From Alphaproteobacteria bacterium (GTDB lineage Bacteria > Pseudomonadota > Alphaproteobacteria > GCA-2731375): a DNA stretch of 64,000 nt. The notes under the pieces were generated by a model, which was not told the DNA's origin, did not search any database, and saw only the letters and a list, made by a program, of their open reading frames with translations. Below, one piece after another: positions 11,495 through 20,008 of this stretch; within the stretch, counting starts at the first letter, position 1; each line of letters opens with the position of its first letter. Location: assembly GCA_965232515.1 (NCBI GenBank), contig CBDDPY010000002.1:6720001-6784000 (forward strand), given 5' to 3'. The translations under genes were made by a program, and so were the position numbers.

Positions 11495-11552
11495 AAAGTC
11501 GACTGGTGTCAGTAAGTTAAGCGATTTTTGTGAAGTTGTTTGTCGAAAGCGA

Positions 11553-12098
11553 TCAGGGCAACGGAAAGGCATCGAGGTAGCCCTGATAGTCGGGCTCGAC
11601 GTCGATCTCAAGCGTCTCCAGCACACGAACCACGGCGTTGTAGAAGCCGATCACCAGCACCAGCTCGACCAGCAGCTTGTGGCCGAGCGCGGCTTCGAGT
11701 TCGGCATAGGTCGGATCGGCGATCCGCCGCGTTTCCGTCATCTCGCGCGCCGCCCGCAGCACGGCGCGGTCGAGCGCCGGCAGGCCGCTGTCCTGACCGG
11801 CGGACTCCGCGGCAATCGCTCTGACGTCGTCGTCGCTGACGCCGAAATCGCGGCCGATGCCGATGTGATGGCTATATTCGTAGGCGCTGCGCGCGAGGTA
11901 GCCGACCTGCAGAATAGCCATCTCGCGCAGGCGCGGGTCCAGCGAACTCTCGTAGCGGATCCAATGCCCGAGTTTCTGGAAATGCCGCGTGCCGTCGGGG
12001 CTGTGCGTCAGCGCCCGGTAGAGATTGATGTTGCGCTTCAGCAGGTCGCGGTCGTCTTCGGCGAGGTCCGGCGGGTCGAGGTAGGGCAGGCGCGCCAT
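11553..12098 (-). CDS. Carboxymuconolactone decarboxylase/AhpD-like protein
   Basis: NLYRALTHSP; LREMAILQVG...YEYSHH; IGFYN. Confidence 0.85.
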   Translation of the reverse strand: MARLPYLDPPDLAEDDRDLLKRNINLYRALTHSPDGTRHFQKLGHWIRYESSLDPRLREMAILQVGYLARSAYEYSHHIGIGRDFGVSDDDVRAIAAESAGQDSGLPALDRAVLRAAREMTETRRIADPTYAELEAALGHKLLVELVLVIGFYNAVVRVLETLEIDVEPDYQGYLDAFPLP

Positions 12099-12110
12099 CG
12101 ATCCGGCCTC

Positions 12111-12917
<807 letters not shown>

Positions 12918-12951
12918 TTGCCTTGCGTTTTCCTCCCGTTAGCGCCGCTGC

Positions 12952-13398
12952 TTAAGGCAAGTCCTTCAACACCTCGTCCGGATGATCGGCGGGCGTCACC
13001 TTGGCATAGACCTTGGCGATGCGGCCTTCCGGATCGATCAGATAGCTGATTCGCGCAGGATATTGCGCGTCCGCTGAGTCGGCCGCCCCATAGGTCATGC
13101 TGATGGCGCGGTCCTCGTCGCACAACAGATCGTAGGGAAAGCCGAACTTTTCTTGAAACGCCCGGTTCTCCGCCGGCGTATCGCAGCTGATCCCGAGCAC
13201 GATGGCGTTCTTGGCTGTGAAGTCTTGGATTCGATCACGGAACCCTTTGCCTTCAATGGTTCAGCCGGGGGTGTCAGCCTTCGGATACCACCAGAGAACG
13301 ACGTAGTGCCCCCGATACTGATCCAGTGAGGTCTGAATCCCCTGCTGGTTCGGCAGCGAAAAGGCGGGGGCGACATCCGCCTCATTCAACAAAGCCAC
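12952..13398 (-). CDS. BCP/PrxQ-type peroxiredoxin with in-frame TGA (probable selenocysteine) at the peroxidatic position, 148 aa
   Basis: AAGGAG RBS, GTG at 13398. Manual translation MALLNEADVAPAFSLPNQQG...VVLWWYPKADTPG-[TGA 13263-13261]-TIEGKGFRD continues in frame into track ORF 12952..13200 (GISCD, FPYDLLCD, RISYLIDPEG). Confidence 0.88.
13219..13254 (-). promoter_or_regulatory. Candidate bacterial SECIS hairpin 3' of the UGA
   Basis: After TGA-ACCATT: GAAG-GCAAA-GGGTTC-CGTGATC-GAATCC-AAGA-CTTC. GAAG/CTTC lower stem, GGGTTC/GAATCC upper stem, G near the start of the apical loop. Confidence 0.6.
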
Positions 13399-13499
13399 GC
13401 GAGTCTCCTTTCCATTGTTGACGAGATAGAAACAAAAGATAATTGAACAAAAACAGTAATTTAAAAGCTTGTTCTCATGTTTTATCGAAGTTTGACGAC

Positions 13500-13748
13500 T
13501 TAGCCGTCATCCGGCGTTTCCAAGCGGATGGCGAACGGGATGCCGTCAGCCGTGCCACGCAAGACAACGGCTGGGTTGCCGCCTGCGATCGCGGTGTCAC
13601 CTGGGGCTGGCGTTGCCTGAGGCGTGGATTCGGCCTCACGGGCATCCGCGCCGGCGAACAGGTCATCGAACTGTTTTCGGCTCTCCGCCAAGAGGCTGTC
13701 GAAGGCGTCCGACATGCCGCCAACGTTGCTGTCCGAATCAGACGCCAT
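13500..13748 (-). CDS. Small acidic hypothetical protein (82 aa) with an amphipathic helix
   Basis: ATG 6 nt after the isochorismatase stop; GC-typical codons; segment FDSLLAESRKQFDDLF resembles the N-terminal extension of the gene at 20009. Confidence 0.55.
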   Translation of the reverse strand: MASDSDSNVGGMSDAFDSLLAESRKQFDDLFAGADAREAESTPQATPAPGDTAIAGGNPAVVLRGTADGIPFAIRLETPDDG

Positions 13749-13754
13749 CGGTTT

Positions 13755-14465
13755 TCAGGCGTCCACCTTGGGGCGTTCGTTCCACCAGCGCTGGAAGTTT
13801 TCGTTCGCGGTGCCGCCTAGACCGGCGCTCGCCACCTGCTTGATGTACCCCAGCGCTTCGTCGGCCGAGACCACGTCGCAGTATTTGGCGTCGAGGTCGA
13901 AGAGGTTCGCCTCGTGCGGTCCGTCGGCCCGGTCGCCGACGGCCTCGCGCACCACGATGGTGAGATAGCCGCTCTGCATCGAGTCGAGCGCCGAGGCGCG
14001 GACGCAGCCGCTGGTCGTGCAGCCCGTGACGATGACCGTGTCGACTCCCTGCGATTTCAGGTAGGCGTCGGCGTCGGTGCCGAAGAACGCGCTGGCGAAT
14101 TTCTTCTCGACAACATATTCGCCGGGCTGCGGCCGGAGGCGGTCGTCGATCTCGACCATGTGCGAGCCGCGCCGCAGGATCGACAGCGACGGCACTTTCT
14201 TGATGAACACGCCGGCGTCGCGATAGTCGGCGTCATAGGCCGTGGTCGTATAGACGATTGGCAGGCCGCCGAGCCGGAACGCCGTCAACAGGTCCTTCGT
14301 GACCGCGATCTCGTTCGTGAGATCGCCGCCGAGCGGGGTCGACGGGTCGGTGAAGCCGTTGATGAAATCGACGATCAGCAGCGCCGGCTTCTGGCCGTAG
14401 CCCGAGCGGACGGCGAAGCCCTTCTGCTCATAGTCGTCCCGCGTGCCGCGCTGCCAGTCGTTCAT
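13755..14465 (-). CDS. Isochorismatase-family cysteine amidohydrolase (N-carbamoylsarcosine amidase/maleamate amidohydrolase-like)
   Basis: GGGAGG RBS; PALLIVDF, KKFASAFFGT and GCTTSGCVRAS give the D-K-C triad; HEANLFDLDAKYCDV. Confidence 0.9.
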   Translation of the reverse strand: MNDWQRGTRDDYEQKGFAVRSGYGQKPALLIVDFINGFTDPSTPLGGDLTNEIAVTKDLLTAFRLGGLPIVYTTTAYDADYRDAGVFIKKVPSLSILRRGSHMVEIDDRLRPQPGEYVVEKKFASAFFGTDADAYLKSQGVDTVIVTGCTTSGCVRASALDSMQSGYLTIVVREAVGDRADGPHEANLFDLDAKYCDVVSADEALGYIKQVASAGLGGTANENFQRWWNERPKVDA

Positions 14466-14658
14466 CACCCACCTCCCGATTACCGTCCGGCAATCATGCC
14501 CCAGCCGCGGGGCATTTTGAAAGCCGTTGTTCGTCCAACCGACGTCGCCGCCACGACGGAATTGTCGTTTGTGCTTGGCAAGGGCGGCGCGAGGCCGGAA
14601 ACTTGGGCCCCAACCCAAGAAGTCAATCAAGCAAAACTGGGTTTCCGGAGGCCAACAG

Positions 14659-15732
14659 ATGAGTGAAGAGTCCTACGACAACCGTTCCCCACGGCCGGCG
14701 GCGCACGGCCTCGGCGGCAAATCCGCCCTCGGGCCGCGCTACCGGCCGAGCTCGCTGGTGACCTCGCGCGGGCCGTCGGCGCTGTCCGCCGGCAGCCGCC
14801 AGTCCGCCGTCAGCGGCCGCAAGGAAATCTTCTGCGCCTTCGGCATCGACGTCGACGCGGTGGCCGGCTGGCTCGGCTCCTATGGCGGCGAAGACTCGCC
14901 CTGCGACATCTCCCGCGGCCTGTTCTCGGGCGAGGTCGGCACGCCGCGGCTGGTGCGGCTGTTCGACCGCATGGGAATCAAGACCACCTGGTTCATCCCC
15001 GGCCATTCCGTCGAAACCTTCCCCGAGCAGTGCAAGATGGTGGTCGACGCCGGCCACGAGATCGGCATGCATGGCTACAGCCATGAAAATCCCATCGCCA
15101 TGACGCCCGAGCAGGAAGAGGCCGTCATGGATAAGTGCATCGAGCTGATCGAGCGCCTGTGCGGCCGCCGCCCGACCGGTTATGTGGCGCCGTGGTGGGA
15201 GTTCAGCCCGGTCACCAATGAGCTGCTGCTGTCGAAAGGCATCAAGTACGACCACAGCCTGATGAACAACGACTTCCAGCCGTTCTACGTGCGGGTGGGG
15301 GACAGCTGGACGCCGATCGACTATTCGAAGCACCCGGACGAGTGGATGCGGCCGCTGGTGCGCGGCCAGGAGACCGATCTGATCGACATCCCCGGCAGCT
15401 GGCATCTCGACGATCTGCCGCCGATGATGTTCATCAAGTCGGCGCCGAACAGCCACGGCTTCGTCAATCCGCACGATGTCGAGGCCTACTGGCGCGACCA
15501 GTTCGATTGGGTCTATCGGGAGTACGACTACGCGGTCTACACGCTGACGATCCATCCCGACGTCTCGGGCCGGCCGCACGTGCTGATGATGCTGGAGCGC
15601 CTGTTCGAACATATCTCCAGCCATCCGGGCGTGCGCTTCTGCACCTTCGATGAAATCGCCGACGACTTCGCGCAGCGCTTCCCGCGCGGCTCCGTCGACA
15701 ACATCGAAGCGGCCTCGCTGGCGCAACGCTAG
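14659..15732 (+). CDS. Polysaccharide deacetylase-family (PuuE/HP0310-like) metal hydrolase with a ~50-aa N-terminal extension
   Basis: GGAGG RBS; [18 protein letters not shown]; [11 protein letters not shown]; GYVAPWWE; [10 protein letters not shown]. Confidence 0.9.
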   Translation: MSEESYDNRSPRPAAHGLGGKSALGPRYRPSSLVTSRGPSALSAGSRQSAVSGRKEIFCAFGIDVDAVAGWLGSYGGEDSPCDISRGLFSGEVGTPRLVRLFDRMGIKTTWFIPGHSVETFPEQCKMVVDAGHEIGMHGYSHENPIAMTPEQEEAVMDKCIELIERLCGRRPTGYVAPWWEFSPVTNELLLSKGIKYDHSLMNNDFQPFYVRVGDSWTPIDYSKHPDEWMRPLVRGQETDLIDIPGSWHLDDLPPMMFIKSAPNSHGFVNPHDVEAYWRDQFDWVYREYDYAVYTLTIHPDVSGRPHVLMMLERLFEHISSHPGVRFCTFDEIADDFAQRFPRGSVDNIEAASLAQR

Positions 15733-15743
15733 GGCCGGGCGCT

Positions 15744-16079
15744 ATGTGCAGCCTCTGCGGCGTGCTCGGCGGCCGGGGCCACTGGACGGAAACGGCCAGC
15801 AACCCGGACGCTTTCCAGAGCCGCGCCGAGACCCATACCTGGCATCGTGAGCGGCAGACCCGAACGCGGCTCGTCAACGCGGTGCTGCGGCACTACGGGC
15901 TCAAGCTTGATGACTGGTCGGGCAACGCCTACATGCTGCGCAGCAAGACCGGCCGCACGGCGCTGGTCGACAACCTGACCGAGGTCTGGACCGCGGCCGA
16001 GCAGATCGGCCGCGGGGTCTGCGACCCGCTCGACGAGGACTTGCTGGCGTCCTTGTCCGATTCCGGGTCGGCGCGATGA
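15744..16079 (+). CDS. Small putative metal-binding protein (N-terminal CxxC)
   Basis: MCSLCG...HW...CDPLD; between the deacetylase and CobW genes, ATGA-coupled to the latter. Confidence 0.75.
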   Translation: MCSLCGVLGGRGHWTETASNPDAFQSRAETHTWHRERQTRTRLVNAVLRHYGLKLDDWSGNAYMLRSKTGRTALVDNLTEVWTAAEQIGRGVCDPLDEDLLASLSDSGSAR

Positions 16080-17128
16080 CCGACTATGCCGCCCTGATCC
16101 CGATCAACGTGATCACCGGCTTTCTCGGCAGCGGCAAGACCAGCCTGCTGCAGCGGCTGCTGGCCTCGCCAAGCCTGTGCGATACAGCGGTGCTGGTGAA
16201 CGAGTTCGGCGAGGTCGGGCTCGACCACCAACTGCTGCAGCATGTCGCCGAGAGCACGCTGCTGCTGGACAACGGTTGCCTGTGCTGTGCCGTGCGCGGC
16301 GATTTGCAGGACTCGTTGCGGCAGCTTTTCTCGCAGCGCGAGCGCGCCGAGATCTCGCCGTTCCGCCGGGTCGTGATCGAGACATCCGGCCTCGCCGATC
16401 CCGTGCCGATCGCCTACACCATCTTGGCCGAGCCGGTGATCCAGCATCATTTCCGTCTCGGCAACGTGGTCACCACCATCGACGCGGTGAATGGCGGACA
16501 GCAACTCGACGCCTACCCGGAATCGGTGAAACAGGCAGCCATCGCCGACCGCGTGGTCGTGACCAAGACCGATCTGGACGAGGAGGGACGTTTCGGCGCC
16601 CTGGAGCATCGCCTCCGGCAACTCAATCCGTCGGCGCCGGTGATCCGCGCGGCGGACGGGGTGCTGGACCCCGAACAGCTCCTGGCCCAGGACGTCTACG
16701 ATGCCGACAGCAAGCAGCGGGACGTCGAAGACTGGCTCGCCGCCCACACGGTGTCGACCGAAAACCAGGGTGGCCACGACCATACACACGGCGTCGCGTC
16801 GTTCTGCCTGACCTTCGATGCGCCGCTCGACTGGACGGCGTTCGGCATCTGGATGACCATGCTGCAGCACCGGCATGGCGAGAACGTGCTGCGTATCAAG
16901 GGCATGCTGAACGTCGCGGGTCAGTCGGCGCCGGTGCTGATCAATGGCGTCCAGCACATCGTGCACCCGCCGACCCATCTCGACGCCTGGCCCGATGCCG
17001 ACCACCGCTCGCGCATCGTTTTCATCACGCGCGGCCTCGACCAGGCGCGCATCGAAGCCTCGCTTGCCGCCTTCAACCGGTTGGCAAATCCCGTCGCGGC
17101 GCGGATGCCCGTCGACGCCTTGGCCTGA
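16076..17128 (+). CDS. CobW/COG0523 G3E GTPase metallochaperone
   Basis: GFLGSGKT; NEFGE; GCLCC; IETSG; TKTD; LRIKG; His-containing linker. Confidence 0.93.
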   Translation: MTDYAALIPINVITGFLGSGKTSLLQRLLASPSLCDTAVLVNEFGEVGLDHQLLQHVAESTLLLDNGCLCCAVRGDLQDSLRQLFSQRERAEISPFRRVVIETSGLADPVPIAYTILAEPVIQHHFRLGNVVTTIDAVNGGQQLDAYPESVKQAAIADRVVVTKTDLDEEGRFGALEHRLRQLNPSAPVIRAADGVLDPEQLLAQDVYDADSKQRDVEDWLAAHTVSTENQGGHDHTHGVASFCLTFDAPLDWTAFGIWMTMLQHRHGENVLRIKGMLNVAGQSAPVLINGVQHIVHPPTHLDAWPDADHRSRIVFITRGLDQARIEASLAAFNRLANPVAARMPVDALA

Positions 17129-17136
17129 TTAGACGA

Positions 17137-17664
17137 TCAGCTTGAAGGTCCGGGTGTCGTCATCCGCGGCGGCGGCCGTCGCGGCGTCCAGCCCGTGCGG
17201 AAGGCTCGGACCACGAAGTGCAGCAGGTAGAAGATCACCGCCAGGATCACCAGCAGGATGATCGACAACAGCTTGCTGCCGAATTCGGCATCGACGATGG
17301 CGCCGCGGCTCATCAGATGCTCGCTCAGCACCTCGATGGCCTGAATGGTGGCGCCGGCGCAAAAAATCACCGCGATCAGGATGGCGATCTGCAACGTGTC
17401 GAAGACCAGGGTTTCCACATTCAGCTGGCCGCTGCTGTGGAAGATATTTTTCCGAAACGACTGCCAGTGCGCGATGGCATAGCCGATGACGCCGACCAGC
17501 GAGGCGAACCAGAAGATCACGTTGCTGAAGCGGATATTCGGAATGTGCTCGACCAGATAAGTCTCGAACGGCTGATAGAAGTAGAGAAAGATCAGCAGGA
17601 TAATGACGCCGCCGAGGACGATCCAAAACCGCGGCCGCTCAGAATGTTCCTGTTCCTCGGACAT
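17137..17664 (-). CDS. Uncharacterised 4-TM membrane protein (paralog of 32588..33058)
   Basis: Four hydrophobic segments; shares FLYFYxPFE, FxNxIFW, HW and DAEFGxxL with 32588..33058. Confidence 0.8.
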   Translation of the reverse strand: MSEEQEHSERPRFWIVLGGVIILLIFLYFYQPFETYLVEHIPNIRFSNVIFWFASLVGVIGYAIAHWQSFRKNIFHSSGQLNVETLVFDTLQIAILIAVIFCAGATIQAIEVLSEHLMSRGAIVDAEFGSKLLSIILLVILAVIFYLLHFVVRAFRTGWTPRRPPPRMTTPGPSS

Positions 17665-17937
17665 GGGCTGTTCTTCGCCTCGTTGGTTACCGGCAGGGAT
17701 CGTATACGAAATCCCGCGCCCGTCAAAAGCGCTTCACCGATGCCCCTGACTCGCCCGCGCCGAACCTGCAAGACGTAAATCAGATTGACCGGATGACGCG
17801 CGTTGGTGATCATTCGGGAAACGATAAATCCGCGGAGGCGTTTCTTGCTGGTTTCGGATTATCCGACAACCGCCCTGGGCGGTGCGTGTTCGGTGCGCGT
17901 GCGCGTCGACCTGACGTGGGCGACGTAAGGACGGAGC

Positions 17938-19995
17938 ATGACCAGTCGTCTCTGTATCGATGTTGGCGGGACATTCACCGATCTGTTGCTGGTCGACGAC
18001 GACAGCGGTCGGCGGACGCATCTGAAGACGCCGACGACGCCGGGCGATCCGGCGGCGGGAATCCTGAGCGGTATCGAGCAGATCACGGTCGAGGCCGGCG
18101 TCGCCGCGGCGGAGATCGGCGCGGTGCTGCACGGGTCAGGCTTGGCCGTCGACGCGGTGCGGCGGAAGACGGGCGCCAGGGTCGGCCTGCTGGTGACGCA
18201 AGGCTTCGAGCATCTGCTGCACCTGGCGCGCGCGCGGACGCCGGCGCCCATGGGCGGCTGGACGACGATGAAAAAGTCGGCGCCGCTCGCCGACATCGAA
18301 TTCACGCACGGCGTGACTGAACGCATCAACGCGCGCGGCGACGTGGTGACGCCGCTCGACGAGGCCAAGGCGCGCGCCGCCGTGCGCGCGTTGTTGGACG
18401 CCGGCGCCGACTCAATCGTCGTCGCATTCCTGCACGCCCATGCCAACCCCGCGCACGAGCAGCGGGTCAAGGCCCTGGTGGCGGAAATGGCTGCCGATAT
18501 GCCGGTGGCGCTGTCGTCCGAGATGTCGTCGCGGCACGGCGAGTACGAGCGCACGCTGGTCGCGGTGATGAACGCCTATCTGCGGCCTGGCATGCAGCGC
18601 TACCTGGACGACATCGAGACGAAGCTGCGCGGCGCGGATGTGGCGGCGCCGATCAGCATGATCCGTCCGGACGGCGGGCGCATGGCCGCGATCTATGCGA
18701 CCGAGCGGCCGGCCCAGACCATGCTGTCGGGTCCCGCCGCCGCCGTGTCCGCCGCCGCCGCGGCAGCGGCGCAGGCCGGACACCAGAATGCGATCAGCTT
18801 CGACATGGGCGGCACGTCCACCGGTGTCGCGGTCATCCGCGACGGCGAAAGCCAGACTGGTTCGCACATGACGTTCGCCGACGATGCCGTTGCCGTACCG
18901 TCAATCGACATGCGCAAGATCGGCCGGGGCGGCGGGGCGGTCGCCCATGTCCCGGTGACGGGCGCCCTGCGGGTCGGGCCCGAGGGCGCCGGCGCCGTTC
19001 CCGGCCCGGCCTGTTATGGTCGGGGCGGCGACCGGCCGACGTTGACCGATGCCAACGCCGTTCTGGGCCGCCTGCCGGGAACGCTGCTCGGCGGCCGGAT
19101 GCCGCTCGACACCCGCGCCGCCGAGGAAGCGATGGGCAAGCTCGCCCGGACGCTCGGTCTCGACACCTATCAGACGGCCCTCGCCATCGTCGACGTCTGC
19201 AACGAGGATCTGGCGGGCGAGGTGCGGCTGGCCGCGGTGGCGCACGGGCTGGACACCGGCGATATGGCGATGGTCGCCGGCGGCGGCGCCGGACCGATGC
19301 ATGCCGTCGCACTGGCGCGGCTGATCGGCTGTTATCCGGTTATCGTGCCGCCGACGCCCGGCCTGCTGTCGGCATGCGGCTTTCTGAACGCCGACATTCG
19401 CCATGAATGCGGTCGCGCTGTCATGCGCCTTGTCGACGAGATCGACAGCGCCCGTTTCGGTGACGTGCTCGACCGGCTGGCGGCCGACGCCACCGCGCTG
19501 CTCGAGGCCGAGCAGGTGGAACCCGCGGCCCGGTCGCTGCGGTTCGAGGCGGACCTGCGATATCTCCGTCAAGGCAGCGAATTCACGTTCACCGTCGAGC
19601 CGGCCGGTCTGCGCAACGGCGGTCTTCAGGATCTCGCCACACGCTTCGCGGCGGCACACGAGCGGCGGCACGGCGTCAAGCTCGATCAACCGATCGAGCT
19701 GCTGGCGATCCGCGCCATTGGCCTAGGTCGGACGGCGCAGCCGTCTGATGCGACCGTCGAGGCGGGTGGACCTGACGCCTCGGCCGCCATTGTCGACCAG
19801 CGCCAGGTCTATTTCGATCAGGGGTTTGTCGCGACTGACATCTACGACCGGGCTTTGCTGCGCGCGGGCAACCGCCTGATCGGACCGGCGATCGTCGAGC
19901 AGGCGGACGCGACCACGGTCGTGCATCCGGGGCATGTCGCCGAGGTCGATGCGCACGGCAACATGCTCATCCGGCCCGAGGCCGTTCGGCACTAG
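17938..19995 (+). CDS. Hydantoinase A/5-oxoprolinase ATP-binding subunit (HyuA-like), with divergent motifs
   Basis: IDVGGTFTD; SGPA; DMGGTST; PGPACYGRGG; GAGPMHA; GPAIVEQ..ATTVV. Confidence 0.9.
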   Translation: MTSRLCIDVGGTFTDLLLVDDDSGRRTHLKTPTTPGDPAAGILSGIEQITVEAGVAAAEIGAVLHGSGLAVDAVRRKTGARVGLLVTQGFEHLLHLARARTPAPMGGWTTMKKSAPLADIEFTHGVTERINARGDVVTPLDEAKARAAVRALLDAGADSIVVAFLHAHANPAHEQRVKALVAEMAADMPVALSSEMSSRHGEYERTLVAVMNAYLRPGMQRYLDDIETKLRGADVAAPISMIRPDGGRMAAIYATERPAQTMLSGPAAAVSAAAAAAAQAGHQNAISFDMGGTSTGVAVIRDGESQTGSHMTFADDAVAVPSIDMRKIGRGGGAVAHVPVTGALRVGPEGAGAVPGPACYGRGGDRPTLTDANAVLGRLPGTLLGGRMPLDTRAAEEAMGKLARTLGLDTYQTALAIVDVCNEDLAGEVRLAAVAHGLDTGDMAMVAGGGAGPMHAVALARLIGCYPVIVPPTPGLLSACGFLNADIRHECGRAVMRLVDEIDSARFGDVLDRLAADATALLEAEQVEPAARSLRFEADLRYLRQGSEFTFTVEPAGLRNGGLQDLATRFAAAHERRHGVKLDQPIELLAIRAIGLGRTAQPSDATVEAGGPDASAAIVDQRQVYFDQGFVATDIYDRALLRAGNRLIGPAIVEQADATTVVHPGHVAEVDAHGNMLIRPEAVRH

Positions 19996-20008
19996 GGGCG
20001 CGGGCGCA

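Noticed and set aside
12952-13398. Calling the peroxiredoxin a pseudogene or an 82-aa ORF
   Set aside because: The only interruption is a TGA precisely at the catalytic Cys, followed by a SECIS-like hairpin, so recoding is more parsimonious.
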